Below, piece after piece: positions 48,225 to 60,132 of a stretch of DNA of 64,000 bases (positions are counted from its first letter, which is position 1; each line of letters opens with the position of its first letter). The translations under genes and the position numbers were made by a program. Under the pieces are notes generated by a model. The model made no database searches. It had not been told where the DNA came from and worked only from the letters and a program-made list of their open reading frames with translations. Source of the DNA: Folioceros fuciformis (Eukaryota); NCBI GenBank assembly GCA_049999805.1, contig JBNGIO010006239.1, positions 237,412-301,411 on the forward strand, written 5' to 3'.

Positions 48225-49595
48225 CAGAGCCGACGCTGGAATGTTCACCAACGTTTCGACTATCTCCAATCACCGCAGCTCGTGGTTGGAATAGCAATAG
48301 CTGTGTGTGAATGCTTGTCAAAGCAAGAAACTGTTTCTATACACTGACGGCCTTGCCTATGGCATTGATGTGAGCTCCTCGGCCGATGGAAAGCATCCTC
48401 ACGTTCAACGTTCCTGGAATACTCCACGGGCCCACAAGCTGCAGGGAGAGCCAATCAGCATTGGCGTTGCTCACGTGGGTGGATCTGTCGTATGTCGCGA
48501 AACAAACTCGGCTCTCCGCGCAGAGTGGCATGTTGTTCCCTGTCTGGTCTGTCGCTTGTTGCTCACCAACCAAGCGCGTTCCGCTGCAGCTGTAGATTGG
48601 CACTGTGAGTTGCCATTGTGGGAACATTCCTTTCACAACACCAGTGCTTTCACTTGTTACTCGGTCAGTTGTGATGGCCGCAAAATGGATGTCCATCCTG
48701 GTGGAGAGGGTGAATGGAAGGCCCGCCTCGGGATGCCGCTAAAGGGGCAAGCTTTCCAGGCCGCCATCTTCTGCATACATCCGCCCTAAACCGTTGGTTT
48801 AAGGAGATGAGCTTGACATGTTCGCTCACTAGTTAGTACACAAACCTTCTCCCTCGTTTCCACTTCCAGGGTGCCCGCACTTGCACGTACCTGCATGACT
48901 CTCTAGGCTGGAGCAGAATCAGGTGCAGCCCTGCCTTCTGTTCACACACCACCGTAGAGATCGATGTTAGCTGCCCTTTGGCCCGTTGGACGCACCGTGC
49001 TGTCGAAGAGGGTGGATTATCCTGCTCACCAAATCTGTAAGCACTGTCTAGGCGTCTTGCAAGCGGCCACTCTCCAAGGCACACGTCTTGACCAGACTGC
49101 TGGCTCTAGACATGTCTGAGCTGGATGTCCTCGCTCATGACTTCGCAAACGAATCGCTTGCCTGTTTTCAAAGCTCGGGCGGCACGATCCTTCAAGATGG
49201 ACCAACAACTATCGCAAGGATCGCAATCACTGAAACGAAATACGGTTGAAGATAAAAAAAATTCAACTCAACAAGTAACCTAAAGCTCGAAAGGATTCTC
49301 GGTGTAGACTTATGGTGTCGAGACTGACGAAGCAATATCTGGTTCAGCTCGTTCCTAGATATGGATCGGTTAGGAAGTCAGCAATCAGGTGTGACATGTG
49401 TGTGATGGTTGTAGGTTTCAGACTTCCTTGGCGAACTTGTGTGGCTTTTGTGTTTCTGCGCTTGGGTGCTGAAAGTCCTAATTGCTGCAGCTCCAGGGAC
49501 GAGGACTTCCGTGTTCATCTCTCCTGTGACAGGCTCGTGGGATCGTTTGAGCCCTAATCCCTGTTCACCACGGAGATAGTGCGTGTCGGTGAGAT

Positions 49596-52500
49596 ATGGG
49601 TATGTTGGGGACTTGGCTTCAAAATATGGGTCAGTGTGGTCAAATGAATATTTCTAGGTGGTGTGGAACTCTTCCTCTTCCCGGCAGCATCTCGACGGTA
49701 TCAAGTCACGCCTTGCAATGTGAAACCTATCACGCATGTTTGACTGGAAATTATCAAAGAGCTCTGCAGAGGATGGTTCACACTGTTGCTGGAGATGTAC
49801 ATGGCATTAGGTCCCATTGGAACAGGAATCGTCAAAATTCTGTCAGAAGCCTGGCATACGCTGTTGCTGCTGCAGATGGGTCTGCTCAAAAGCCCAAAAG
49901 TGAGAAGAATGTAGAAAGGAAAGCAGTTGTGGTAGTGGAGTCACCTGTCAAAGCAAAGACAATTGAAAAGTATCTAGGTGATGGGTTTGTAGTACTGGCC
50001 AGCTATGGGCATGTTAGGGACTTAGCCTCCAAATCTGGGTCAGTGAGGCCAGCACAAGATTTTCAACTGTTGTGGGAAGTCCCTCCCTCTGCCCAGCAAC
50101 ATCTCGACAGTATCAAGTCAGCTCTAGGAATGTGAGTCCTGCAATTGCTTTTGTTATCCTGCTCTCTGGAGTGTGATTTGATAAGACCGCAATATCTATC
50201 AGTCTTGCTGTTCTCAAACCCACCCGTTGTCCTTGACCGGTGGTTGTGTGCTGGAACTGCAGGGCCAATACTCTTTTTCTTGCATCTGATCCTGACAGAG
50301 AGGGTGAGGCCATAGCGTGGCATGTGCTAGAGATGTTGAAGATGGACGGAGCACTGAAAAGTGATCAGGTAGTCAAGAGGGTGGTCTTTCACGAGATCAC
50401 AAAAACAGCAGTTGTTCGGGCTATGGAGTCACCACGAGAGATCAGTGTTGATCTTGTAGATGCTTATCTTGCCAGAAGAGCATTAGACTACCTCATTGGG
50501 TTTCAGCTCTCACCGGTTCTGTGGAGGAAGCTTCCTGGAAGTAGGTCAGCTGGCCGTGTGCAATCTGTTGCTCTTCGGATGATATGCGAACGCGAGACGG
50601 AAATTGAGTCCTTTAACTCTCAGGAATACTGGACAGTAGAGGCACAGGTTTTGTCTTCAAAATCGCCCATGGAGCAAGATAACGCTGGATACCGCGCTCG
50701 GCTTACTCATTACATGGGTGCAAAGCTTGGGCAGTTTAGTTTAATAGCGGAGACAGCGGCAACTGCGGCGAAAACGATAGCTGAGTCTAAGCTGTCAGCG
50801 GCATCCGTGAAAAAGAGCATGTCAAAACGAAATCCTCCTGCTCCATATATCACTTCTACGCTGCAGCAGGATGCTTCCAACAAATTGTCATTCAGTGCAA
50901 CACGAACGATGGCTGTGAGTCCAACAGCAACAGATTATACTGCCTCTTTCTTTTCTTATCCCGAGTGGTTTGCTGGTCACAGTCACCTTTCTTTTGGTTC
51001 TGGTGGAAGTGCTGGTGAAGACCCCCATTTGTACATTCCATTTCCATTTCCATGTGTAAAGTGCGTCTACAAGAAAATTGGCTCTCATTGTGTTTGGATT
51101 TTCTTCGTGGCTGGGTGCACAGGTAGCCCAGCAGCTTTACGAGGGAGTGAGTTTGGGGCAGGACGAGCTCACGGGTCTCATCACGTACATGCGCACAGAC
51201 TGTGTCCAGGTTCACTGACCACTTGGTATAAGGGGAATAAGTAGGACAGGGGTGTTGCTTGAGGTCGCTGTTTTGCTGGACTGTGAACTTTTGTTTCCGA
51301 CATGAGGTACCCTAGGGTCTTTCAGAACTGTCGCTTGTGTCTTTAGATATTCAGACTTGCCTATATTTGTTTGATCTGAATGGTTAGCAGGGAAGGAAAC
51401 ATGCTTGCAGTCCAAGGCGTCTATGATCACATCATTGTTGACTGCGCAGCTGTCTGAAGAAGCGGTCCAGAGCATTCGTTCATTGATAGCAGAAAGGTGA
51501 CGAAGCCTGTCATTTGTTTTATGGCACTGTAAAACGTTGTCTTTGCAGCTTTGTTACACAAGCTGCCGTTTTGTACTTGGACGCAAAGAACAGCTTTTGT
51601 CTCGGCCTCTCTGTGGATGACACCTTTTTTTGCCTGATGCCGTGTCCTGGTTCGCTTGACGTGCTGTGGCGCCCCTGTTTACTGGGTAATGATGCTATAC
51701 TCCTCCATTGACTTTTACGTTGATGTAACCAGGTATGGAAGCGACTATGTTCCGAATAAGCCTCCAGTGCACCAGTCGAAAGCCAAAAATGCTCAGGAGG
51801 CCCATGAAGCAATTCGACCAACAGATATTTTTCGATTACCTTGTATGGCATCCTCATGGATTCATGGTCACAGGAGGGAATATCGTCCACTAACTCTTGA
51901 TAATGTTTGCATGTATCATTAAGTATTCCATGCTTCGGATGCAGCTTCACTCGTGCATGCACTGGATGAGGATGCACTGCGCCTGTACTCTCTTATTTGG
52001 TGTAGAGCAGTGGCATGTCAAATGGAGCCTGCAGTCTTTGAACAGGTGCATTGTCCTCTTATATTTTTGGCAACTGATCTAGAAGGATGATGAGAATGGT
52101 ACCACGAGATAGGTTGCAGGATTAGAGCTGTTGATTAAATGTGTGATTTTTTGATACTTGTGGTACTCCTTGCAACCCAGGTGGCGGTACAAATTGTGAA
52201 TGATGATAAGTCTGTGGAGCTATGCTGTAATGGCTCAGTTCCATCATTCCTTGGCTTTCGCCTGGTCTACAATGTACTGTACTGTCGTTCTTATCGTCAT
52301 CCGCTTCACATGCTTGTGAGGCGAGTTATTCTTCTCTGTTATGCATGGCAGTTATTTATATCTGCTTTGCGCACTTTGGTTATTGCAGGACAAAGATGCT
52401 CTGGCAGCAGTAAAAGACTGGACTTGTCTTCAGGGGGACGAGAGTGAAGGGGAGGTCTTGTTGCCGCCATTTCAGGTTCATGAAAGTTACTTCACGCAAG

Positions 52501-55500
52501 CGTACTCTTGTTAAATGCAATGGTCACGGTGTGAATGGAATGTGTGCGGTTGTCACAAGGCAGGGGATGAAGTTATAGCAGCAGGAGTGGAGCCAATTAA
52601 GCATCACACTGAACCACCGCCTCGTTACTCTGAAGCTAGCTTGGTATGTTCTGCAGTTAGATTTGCAGGATCAGGATACATCAACAGGCATTTGCAATAG
52701 GTGCACCGCTCACTAGCTCTGCAGACTATACTCTCTATTTCGTTTCGTCGACCAGGTTAAAAAAATGGAGGAATTGGGCATTGGTCGGCCATCTACATAC
52801 GCAAGCACTCTGAAGACCTTGCAGGTGTCTTTCTTGTCGGCACTTGGTGGATAAACTGTAGAAAGTTATTACGCCCTCTAATTCATCGAAGACATCCTCC
52901 TTGACTAACCAATTGGATGCAGGCACGGACATACGTTAGAATAGTGAAGAGGAGAATCTTCCCTGAAACACGTGGCCAATTGGTGAGTTGATTATTAAAC
53001 ATTTCAGAGGTGATACAAAAGGTCTGCTCCATTTTGGAGGTTTCTGATGCTTGATTTGCCTTGGCAGGTATCACACTACCTTGGCAAGTACTTCGAACAA
53101 TATGTAGACTGTTTTTTTACTGCAAAGATGGAGTCTGAGGTCAATATCCAACTTGAATTTTTTTGTCAATTCAGAGCTATAAGTCATGCGTCTTTGCAGC
53201 AAGGTGTACGTAGCAATTTGGATGTACAAAGCTGCTGCTTAAATCCTGACTCTCTTGCCAGCTACGTAAAGCTGTGGGATATGAGAGAACATTCAGTGCT
53301 GTTACTTATTCAGCTCTTTGTTTCAGCTGGATGAAATTTCTGCTGGTCGACGGAAGTGGAAGTCCTTTTTGGGAACATTCTGGCCTCCATTTCATTCGGC
53401 TGTCACAGAGGCAATGAAGGTCCCAATAGAGCAGGTTTTGTGGCTCACGAATCGTGGAACCTTCGTTTGTGGAACACATTGTAAATCTTAGAGACTAAAT
53501 ACTGTATTCATGTGGATGCACTGTGTCGATTTATCTGTCCATTTGAAGAGTTGAAGCGCGTGGATAAATGCCTGCAGGTGGCGGCAATGCTTGAAAAAGA
53601 TTTCTTGCATCTTAGTCCTGGCGATTCTGTGTGCCCAAGGTCAGGCGTTTGAACCATGACTTCCTTTCCTGGGTGGTGAAGATGAGATCAGGGATGTGTG
53701 TAAGAAAGACTTGAGATTTTGTGTATTGCGCTGCGTGGCTGATATGTTTTCAGGGAATGGCACGTTCTGCTTTTAGCAAAAGCTGATGCTTTGTTGTACC
53801 TGCTGCTGCTGGGTTGTTGATCAATCTGATATGAGCTTCTCGACGGTAACATGGACACGGGAATGTCTTGACAGGTGCCAGAAAGGCAAAATGTCACTGA
53901 AGTTGAGCCGTTACGGTCACGGATATTTTATGGGCTGTTCAGAATTTCCTAATTGCTTGTGAGTGAGCATGGTTGCCCAGTCTTTCATAAGAGGACGGTT
54001 GCCTTACCAGATCTTGAGCAAATCATCGTGTGTTGTAGTTCTATTACGCAGTGCAATTTGCTGCGATAATTTTTTATGAACATCTTGTCCGCATGTTATT
54101 TTGCAGGTACAAGGCACACGTGCTCAAATATGACGAAGACGAAAGTGATGAAGAAGAAACAACGCCGCAGGTATCTGAAGGTTTGAGTCTTGGAACAGAT
54201 CCTGACTCGGGTCTTGAGGTGAGTACCACGCAAGGGATTCTTACCAACTAGTCTTTGCTACGGCAGCTGCAGATTGATTGAGTTGAGGCACAATAGTGGA
54301 ATCAGTGGTAACACAAGGTTGTGGTTCGTAAGAGCAGGTCATTTTGAAAGTTGGACCATTTGGAAAGTATGTTCAGCTTGGCACAGGCTCGAAGACCACA
54401 AAACCCAAACGGCACACTGTTCCTCCGGTTAAGTGAACTTGAGCCCTGCCGTCCTTTCGTCCTGTCGTCCTGTCTGGTGTTCTATGGTAGCGGGTGACAC
54501 TTTGTTGTGCAGTAGTGTTGATACGATGAAGACCCTCTTGTATGCATGACTCCACCTTGCTCTGTGGACGAGGAATGTGGAGTTGACATAAGACGTTTCC
54601 TTCTCATTCAGAACAGGACACCAGTGACACTAGAGGCCGCTTTGCAGTTGCTGAGTTATCCGATCGAGCTGGTAAATCCCAATTGGCTTGGAGCCAGGTG
54701 ATGTTGTCTATGAACTTCAGCAGACGTTATTGAAGGAGAGTGGTGGGAAAAAATGCAGGGAAAACATCCAAAAGGTGGGCTAGTCACCATAAATGTAACT
54801 CAGCGAGGGGAGCACATAGTGCGGCACAAGGGCTGCACTGCTGTAATCCCAAAGGTAATCTTGCTCATGAAAGTTCTCAGTTCTACAGTCTTGTCTAAGG
54901 TTTGGTAGTGGATCCGTGCATGAAAGATGATCCATTGCTTGCAGGACGTACCTGAGAGCGAAATAAGCTTGGTCAAGGCTCTCGAGTGGATCGCAAACAG
55001 TGCCGCGAGACCAAGATCTGGCAGACCTTCGCTGCGGGCCCAAAAAGCGAAGGCCGAACACAACACGAGTCGGAGGGACCTCACCTTGGACCCAACAGTC
55101 AGGAGGAGAGGAAAAGTAGCCGTGAAGGACAGCCTCCCCGTAGTTGAAAAGGTAGATGAGACGGAAGAACAATCAAAGCTGACAAATAGTGGAGCCTCGA
55201 AGGGTAATCTTGTCTGCCACTCCCTAATCTATGCACTCGAAACGGTTCCTTTCGTTCCGGCTTTCATTTTGTTCACGTTCCGCTGCCTGCGTGCTTTGCA
55301 GCAGATACTACGGATAAGGCAGACTTGGATGAAAAAACAGGTCGTACAGCGAGATCTTCAAAAAGCGCGTCGAAACCGAAGGAAGCAGCAGCCTCCGATG
55401 AGAAACCAAGCTCCACGTCAAGATCTTCAAAGGGCCTTTCGGAACCGAAGGAAGGGAAGGCACTTGACGCAGCCTCAGATGAAAAACCACGTCGTACAGC

Positions 55501-55936
55501 AGGATCTTCGAAGAGCAAGTCGGAATCGAAGGAAGGGAAGGCGGTTGAGGCAGTCTCAGATGAAAAACCAAGGCGTCCAGTAAGATCTTCAAAGAGTGCG
55601 TCGAAACCGAAGGAAGAGAAGGCACTGGAGGCAGTCTCAGATGAAAAACCAAGGCGTACAGTAAGATCTTCAAAGAGTCCTTCGAAACCGAACGAAAGGA
55701 GGGCACCTGAGGCAGCCTCAGATGCAAAACCCTCTCCTAAACCGACGACAGCTGAACCCAAACCGAGCGGATCAAGACCTACGGTGGAGGAGAAGAAAGG
55801 AGAAGCTATTCAGCAGCTCCCAGAAAAGCCGTTCACGGTGGCCTCTTCGGTGCCAGACGGGAAGGAGGCTGCTCTGCACGAGCCATCGCCGCGCCGTCCC
55901 CGAGGACGGCCAAGGCTCGTGAGTCTTGAAGCGTAG
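49596..55936 (+). CDS. topA: Bacterial-type (organellar) DNA topoisomerase I, type IA, multi-exon
   Basis: TOPRIM VVVESPVKAKTI..ASYGHVRDL, LASDPDREGEAIAWH, ARRALDYLIGF, SAGRVQS, catalytic GLITYMRTD, QEAHEAIRPT, PPPRYSEASL, ELGIGRPSTYA. The C-terminal region has GPFGKYVQLG and a Lys/Ser-rich tail, and an N-terminal extension precedes TOPRIM. Confidence 0.95.
55327..55730 (+). repeat. 81-bp (27-aa) coding tandem repeat in the last topoisomerase exon
   Basis: Units start gcag(c/t)ctc(c/a)gatg at 55388, 55469, 55550, 55631 and 55712, with a partial unit from about 55327. Peptide consensus A(A/V)SDEKPRRT.RSSKS.SKPKE.KALE. Confidence 0.92.
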
Positions 55937-56242
55937 GAGATCATGGAGCAGCCCGCATAGCTTCCACCAATCGAATCGAGTACCTTTACTTCTTTAATCT
56001 GATAAATATGACAAGCTAAATTAGCTAAACTTGATCGTTGCACTTAGGCTTGTTTTCAAGGAGTCAAAACGGAAGGCACACTCTGCGAAGCAAAAGAATC
56101 AATCTGATTACCCTTTCACAAGGATAGTCAGAGGAGTAGGGGTCTTAAGGGTTTTGGGTTGTACGTAAAAGCCGGGAAGCGAAGACGTAGTAACTTCTTC
56201 TTCGAACCCGGGCCTCTCCGTAGGTCAGCCGGCCCCTGCAAC

Positions 56243-57119
56243 ATGAGCTTCCGAGTAGGCAATCTTGCCTTTGTGCCCCTGCTGTTCTGTGTGAGATTGT
56301 TGTTTACGATGGATTGTGGAGGCCTTAGCTGCACCGGTGCCGGCGTGAGCGTGGCGAGGACTGGAATGATGATGGCCTTGCCGTCTCTTTGTGTGTGCAC
56401 AGATTCACCAGTACCAGGTGGTAGGGCGGGCACTGCCCTCCCCTACCAATGAACAGCCGAAGATCTACCGAATGAAGCTCTGGGCTACGAACGAAGTTCG
56501 TGCAAAGTCCAAGTTTTGGTAAGCAGTTGGTGGGAGCTTACCCTTTTGTTTATGTGAGTGGGATGTCGCTGGCTCATCGTGGTGGTGGTTTTTCCATGCC
56601 GGTTTCTGGTAGGTACTTCTTGAGGAAGCTTAAGAAGGTGAAGAAGTCGCATGGACAGATCCTTGCGATTAACGAGGTAATTAGGGTTGTTGACTATGCA
56701 CCGTGGTTGTTTGTGGTATTGTGCTTAAGGCTTGTTAGGTTGGTGGCATGAGTTGATCGTGCTGTCGGGGTGTGTAGATTTTCGAGAAGAAGCCGACCAC
56801 TATCAAGAATTTTGGCATCTGGGTTAGGTATCAAAGTCGCACAGGATATCATAACATGTACAAGGAGTACAGGGACACCACCATGAACGGTGCTGTGGAG
56901 CAGATGTACGATGAGATGGCTTCTCGGCACAGGGTTCGATTCCCCTGCATTCAGATCATCAAAACTGCCACTGTTCCCGTTGCCCTGTGCAAGCGTGAGA
57001 ATACGAAGCAGTTTCACAATGGAAACATCAAGTTCCCTCTGATCTACCGGAAGATCAGGCCACCCACCAGAAAGTTGAAGACCACCTTCAAGGCCTCCAG
57101 ACCCAACACCTTTGTGTAG
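56243..57119 (+). CDS. RPL18A: 60S ribosomal protein L18a (eL20), 4 exons
   Basis: [108 protein letters not shown]. Confidence 0.97.
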
Positions 57120-57589
57120 GGCTACATTTCCAACGGAGCAACGCTCCCTCTCTGTTTTGAGGTAGATAGTTAATGAATCGGAATTATTCCGGACGGCTTT
57201 CTCTGAACTTCAATTCTCATGGGTAGTCTTTTTTTGACTTATGTCCGGTGGTCATCAGCCGCCATCCCGGATAATGTTTGAACGTGAGAGGGAAATTGTC
57301 CCGTCCTACTCTTAGGAATGTCGGAGAGTTCAAGAACGAGGATGGAGAAACACGACGCTGGATACAGGGTGTCTAGCTCACAGCTCAGTGGTGCAGACAC
57401 CAGCAACGGAAGAAGTAGTTTGACAGGTGCTACTACAAGCTGAGACATCCAAATGGTGCCCAAGCAAAATCTCTCCTGAATCCTTTTCAATGCAACATAA
57501 CCCATGGCTTCGAGTCCAGCAACAATAAACCTAGGTGCATATATCTAAGGTTTGCTGGTCAGTCACCTTTTTGATCTGGTGCACGATCC

Positions 57590-57655
57590 GATGAGAATGA
57601 ACGAACGATGAATGAATGAATGAACGAACGAACAATGAATGATCCGAACGATCCA
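57590..57655. repeat. Imperfect (GAAT/GAAC)n microsatellite
   Basis: gaatgaacgaacgatgaatgaatgaatgaacgaacgaacaatgaatga. Confidence 0.75.
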
Positions 57656-57879
57656 CCCCGTAGAATGATTGATTTCGAGAAAATTTACAGATAATTAGTC
57701 TTAAGAGTCTACCACTGGGTCCACCGGGATTTAGTAGGATCGGGGATGTGCTGGTAGACATTAGGTCGTTTCCGACATGAGGTACTGTGGGCTCTTTAAG
57801 AGTAGTCGTTTGTACGTCTTTCGAATCTTTGCCACGAGCTCTAGAACCTCCTCAATATTTGTAGCTTCTATACAGTTAA

Positions 57880-59020
57880 TCGACTTCCAAACCAGGTTAT
57901 CAAAGTGGAAGGGACCGTGAAAAGCATTCCAATGACTGTAGCCCCTGATCAAAGTCCAGACAGACCATGTGTGTCACGATGTGTTTTGCTCTGCGAAAAT
58001 CATTATGGTCGACAGTCGATCCGTCCTGGAAAGTGGGCATACAAAACAGGAGAAAACATCCGTATCTGCGACTATCCAGCGCATAGACGTCAGGCTGCAT
58101 GTGTATATAAAGGTCAAATTTAAGTGACAGACTTGTGTGATAATATCCATCCCTGGTAGCCATTGCACCACAAAACACGATTCACTTTCCTACATACTTT
58201 TAATGCAAAGCTTGGCAGAACTGTGCTGTGAGAGAGACAAAACGAGGTTAATTCTGAGAGTATGGTTTACCCTGAGTGTGCTGTAAGATGTTCGCTTTCC
58301 CAGACAGAAATTGCAATATGAGACTTGCAGGTTGTCTGTATGCCAACAAGTTACGTGTGAGAGAAAAGGCCATAGACTTCACAGTGGAATCTTTCGCCTA
58401 TCTGTGCATAAGCCTTACCTGGAACCAGATACCAGAGATGGAGTGTGAACAGGAGCAGCAAAGGGTTCCTTTGCTTGACCACCTGGACTAAATCACTGGC
58501 CACGTTATGACCCTGGAAAACAAAGTGGAAGCTGAACCTGTAAGTCATTCACGAGAGAGCCCACTCTTCAAGACTCTTGCAAAACAACGTGCCTGGTGAG
58601 AAACTATGCACATCAACTGTAGCGACATTTCTTGCGGTCACACCCCTTGCAGACAGTTTGATTTCCTGCTGGCCAGCAGAGTATGCTGCCCTCAAGGAGT
58701 CCCTGGCAGATAAATTGTGGGACAGTTTGTTCCTGACAAGATAATCATCTCTACTGTCTAACAGTGAAAGCTACCCACCACGCAAAGCTCGTTACAGCTG
58801 ATGATGCGATAGGGACTTCATGACCTGTAAAATTGGGTACCGCAGATCCCCAAAGTGAGTTGTTTCAAATGGCTTTTGATTTGCTAGCGTTAGACCGAAT
58901 GCTACAAAGAATTCTACTGCCAACTGACCTAAAGAACACGTCCACTGAAATTGGCTGAAAACCAATTCGACTACAATCCAGCTACAGATCTCTTTGGATA
59001 CACGCATGTTAGAAGAGAAA
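57880..59020 (-). pseudogene. Inverted, intron-containing decayed copy of an internal part (about 8370-9530) of the EMF2-like gene
   Basis: The reverse complement matches both exons and introns. Examples: gcagatacggatgttttctcctgt (ADTDVFSC) vs 9311, agacaacctgca..gggaa..gaacatcttacagca vs 9061-9119, and ctgctggccagc..aaactgtctgcaaggggtgtgacc vs 8718-8761. Confidence 0.88.
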
Positions 59021-59194
59021 CTCACTTGCTGACAACAATACTCCCGATGAAGAAACTGCGGAGGACTTAAAAAAACGGCTCCTAGCAACTACCACACGTC
59101 CTGTGGATGGGATCTCAAGTTCACAGTAGCAAACTGCTCTACGACAGGAACTCCAAAGATGTTTGATGGGCTAGCGTGTAAACACAAGTGCGTC

Positions 59195-59735
59195 AACGGA
59201 CCTGAGCATGAGGGGCGCGCAACAAGAGCTGGCAGACCTACTTTGCAGGCCCAACAAGCCAAGGTCCAACACTACATGAGTGGTAAGGACCTTACCAGGG
59301 ATCCGACAAGGAAAAACTGCTCGAGCAGCAAAATTAGCCGTCTGGGACAAAGTTCCGCAGTCAAGAAGGCAGCTTTGAAGAAGGAACAATCAAAGCCGGA
59401 TGACCAGTAAAGCCTCGAAGGAGAAGCTGCGTGTACCATTCCCTGCTCAACACACTGAGAACGATTCGCTTTGTTCCAGTATCCAATTTGTTCACGTTCC
59501 GCTGTGTATGCTTTGCAGCAGAACCAATAAGAAAACCAAGACATCCAGGAAGATCTGAACCGAGCCGTTCGAAAACTAAGACAGGAAGGCACTAGAGGCA
59601 GACTCGGATGAAAGTCCATGTCGTAAAGCTAAGACAGCTAAACCCGAATTGAGCGAATGAAAACAAACAACGAGGAAAAAGCAAGGAGTAGCTCTTTGAA
59701 AAGCAGACTGCTGTGGCCTTGACAGTGTCGGACGG
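59195..59735 (+). pseudogene. Decayed copy of the 3' end of the type IA topoisomerase gene (last two exons plus intron)
   Basis: ctggcagacct..gcaggcccaacaagccaagg vs 55018; intronic gttcacgttccgctg..gctttgcagcaga vs 55271; aaggcactagaggcagactcggatgaaa vs the repeat unit; gtggcctt..gtgtcggacgg vs 55838. Confidence 0.82.
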
Positions 59736-60132
59736 ACAGGACGGAGAGCTTTGGCAATTCCTGGTTCCTACCTCAACTTTACACACATATATCCTCATGC
59801 CGCAATCGAGAACGTCCAGACAGACAAGACGGGATTCAAGAACTCCATCCACAACACAAAATTGAACCTACGGTGTACATCGGCCTGAACTCGGCTGGAA
59901 CCTGCCCTGGCTCGCTCCCTGTTTGTGGTACGTGTGAACGAAGCGCAATCACTCCGGATGGCTTTGTCCAAACTGTTTTTCTCATGAGCAATTGTTTGGC
60001 CTCTGTTTGGGGGTCATTAGTGGCTATAGGTTTGTCACTGTATTGTGCCTACCTACTCACTCTTGGCAGTCTCCGACCCCTTCCTGGTCCCTTGTCGACT
60101 GATTTGCGCCGCATCAGTTGATTTCGGGGCTC

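Noticed and set aside
55273-55761. Repeat-containing ORFs on the minus strand and in alternative frames
   Set aside because: They are shadows of the 81-bp coding repeat in the topoisomerase last exon.
56140-56165. Telo-box upstream of RPL18A
   Set aside because: aagggttttgggtt is only a near match to TAGGGTTT.
57707-57759. gtctacca...tggtagac inverted repeat as a Helitron or MITE terminus
   Set aside because: Only an 8-bp stem with a long loop, and no matching terminus or TSD was identified.
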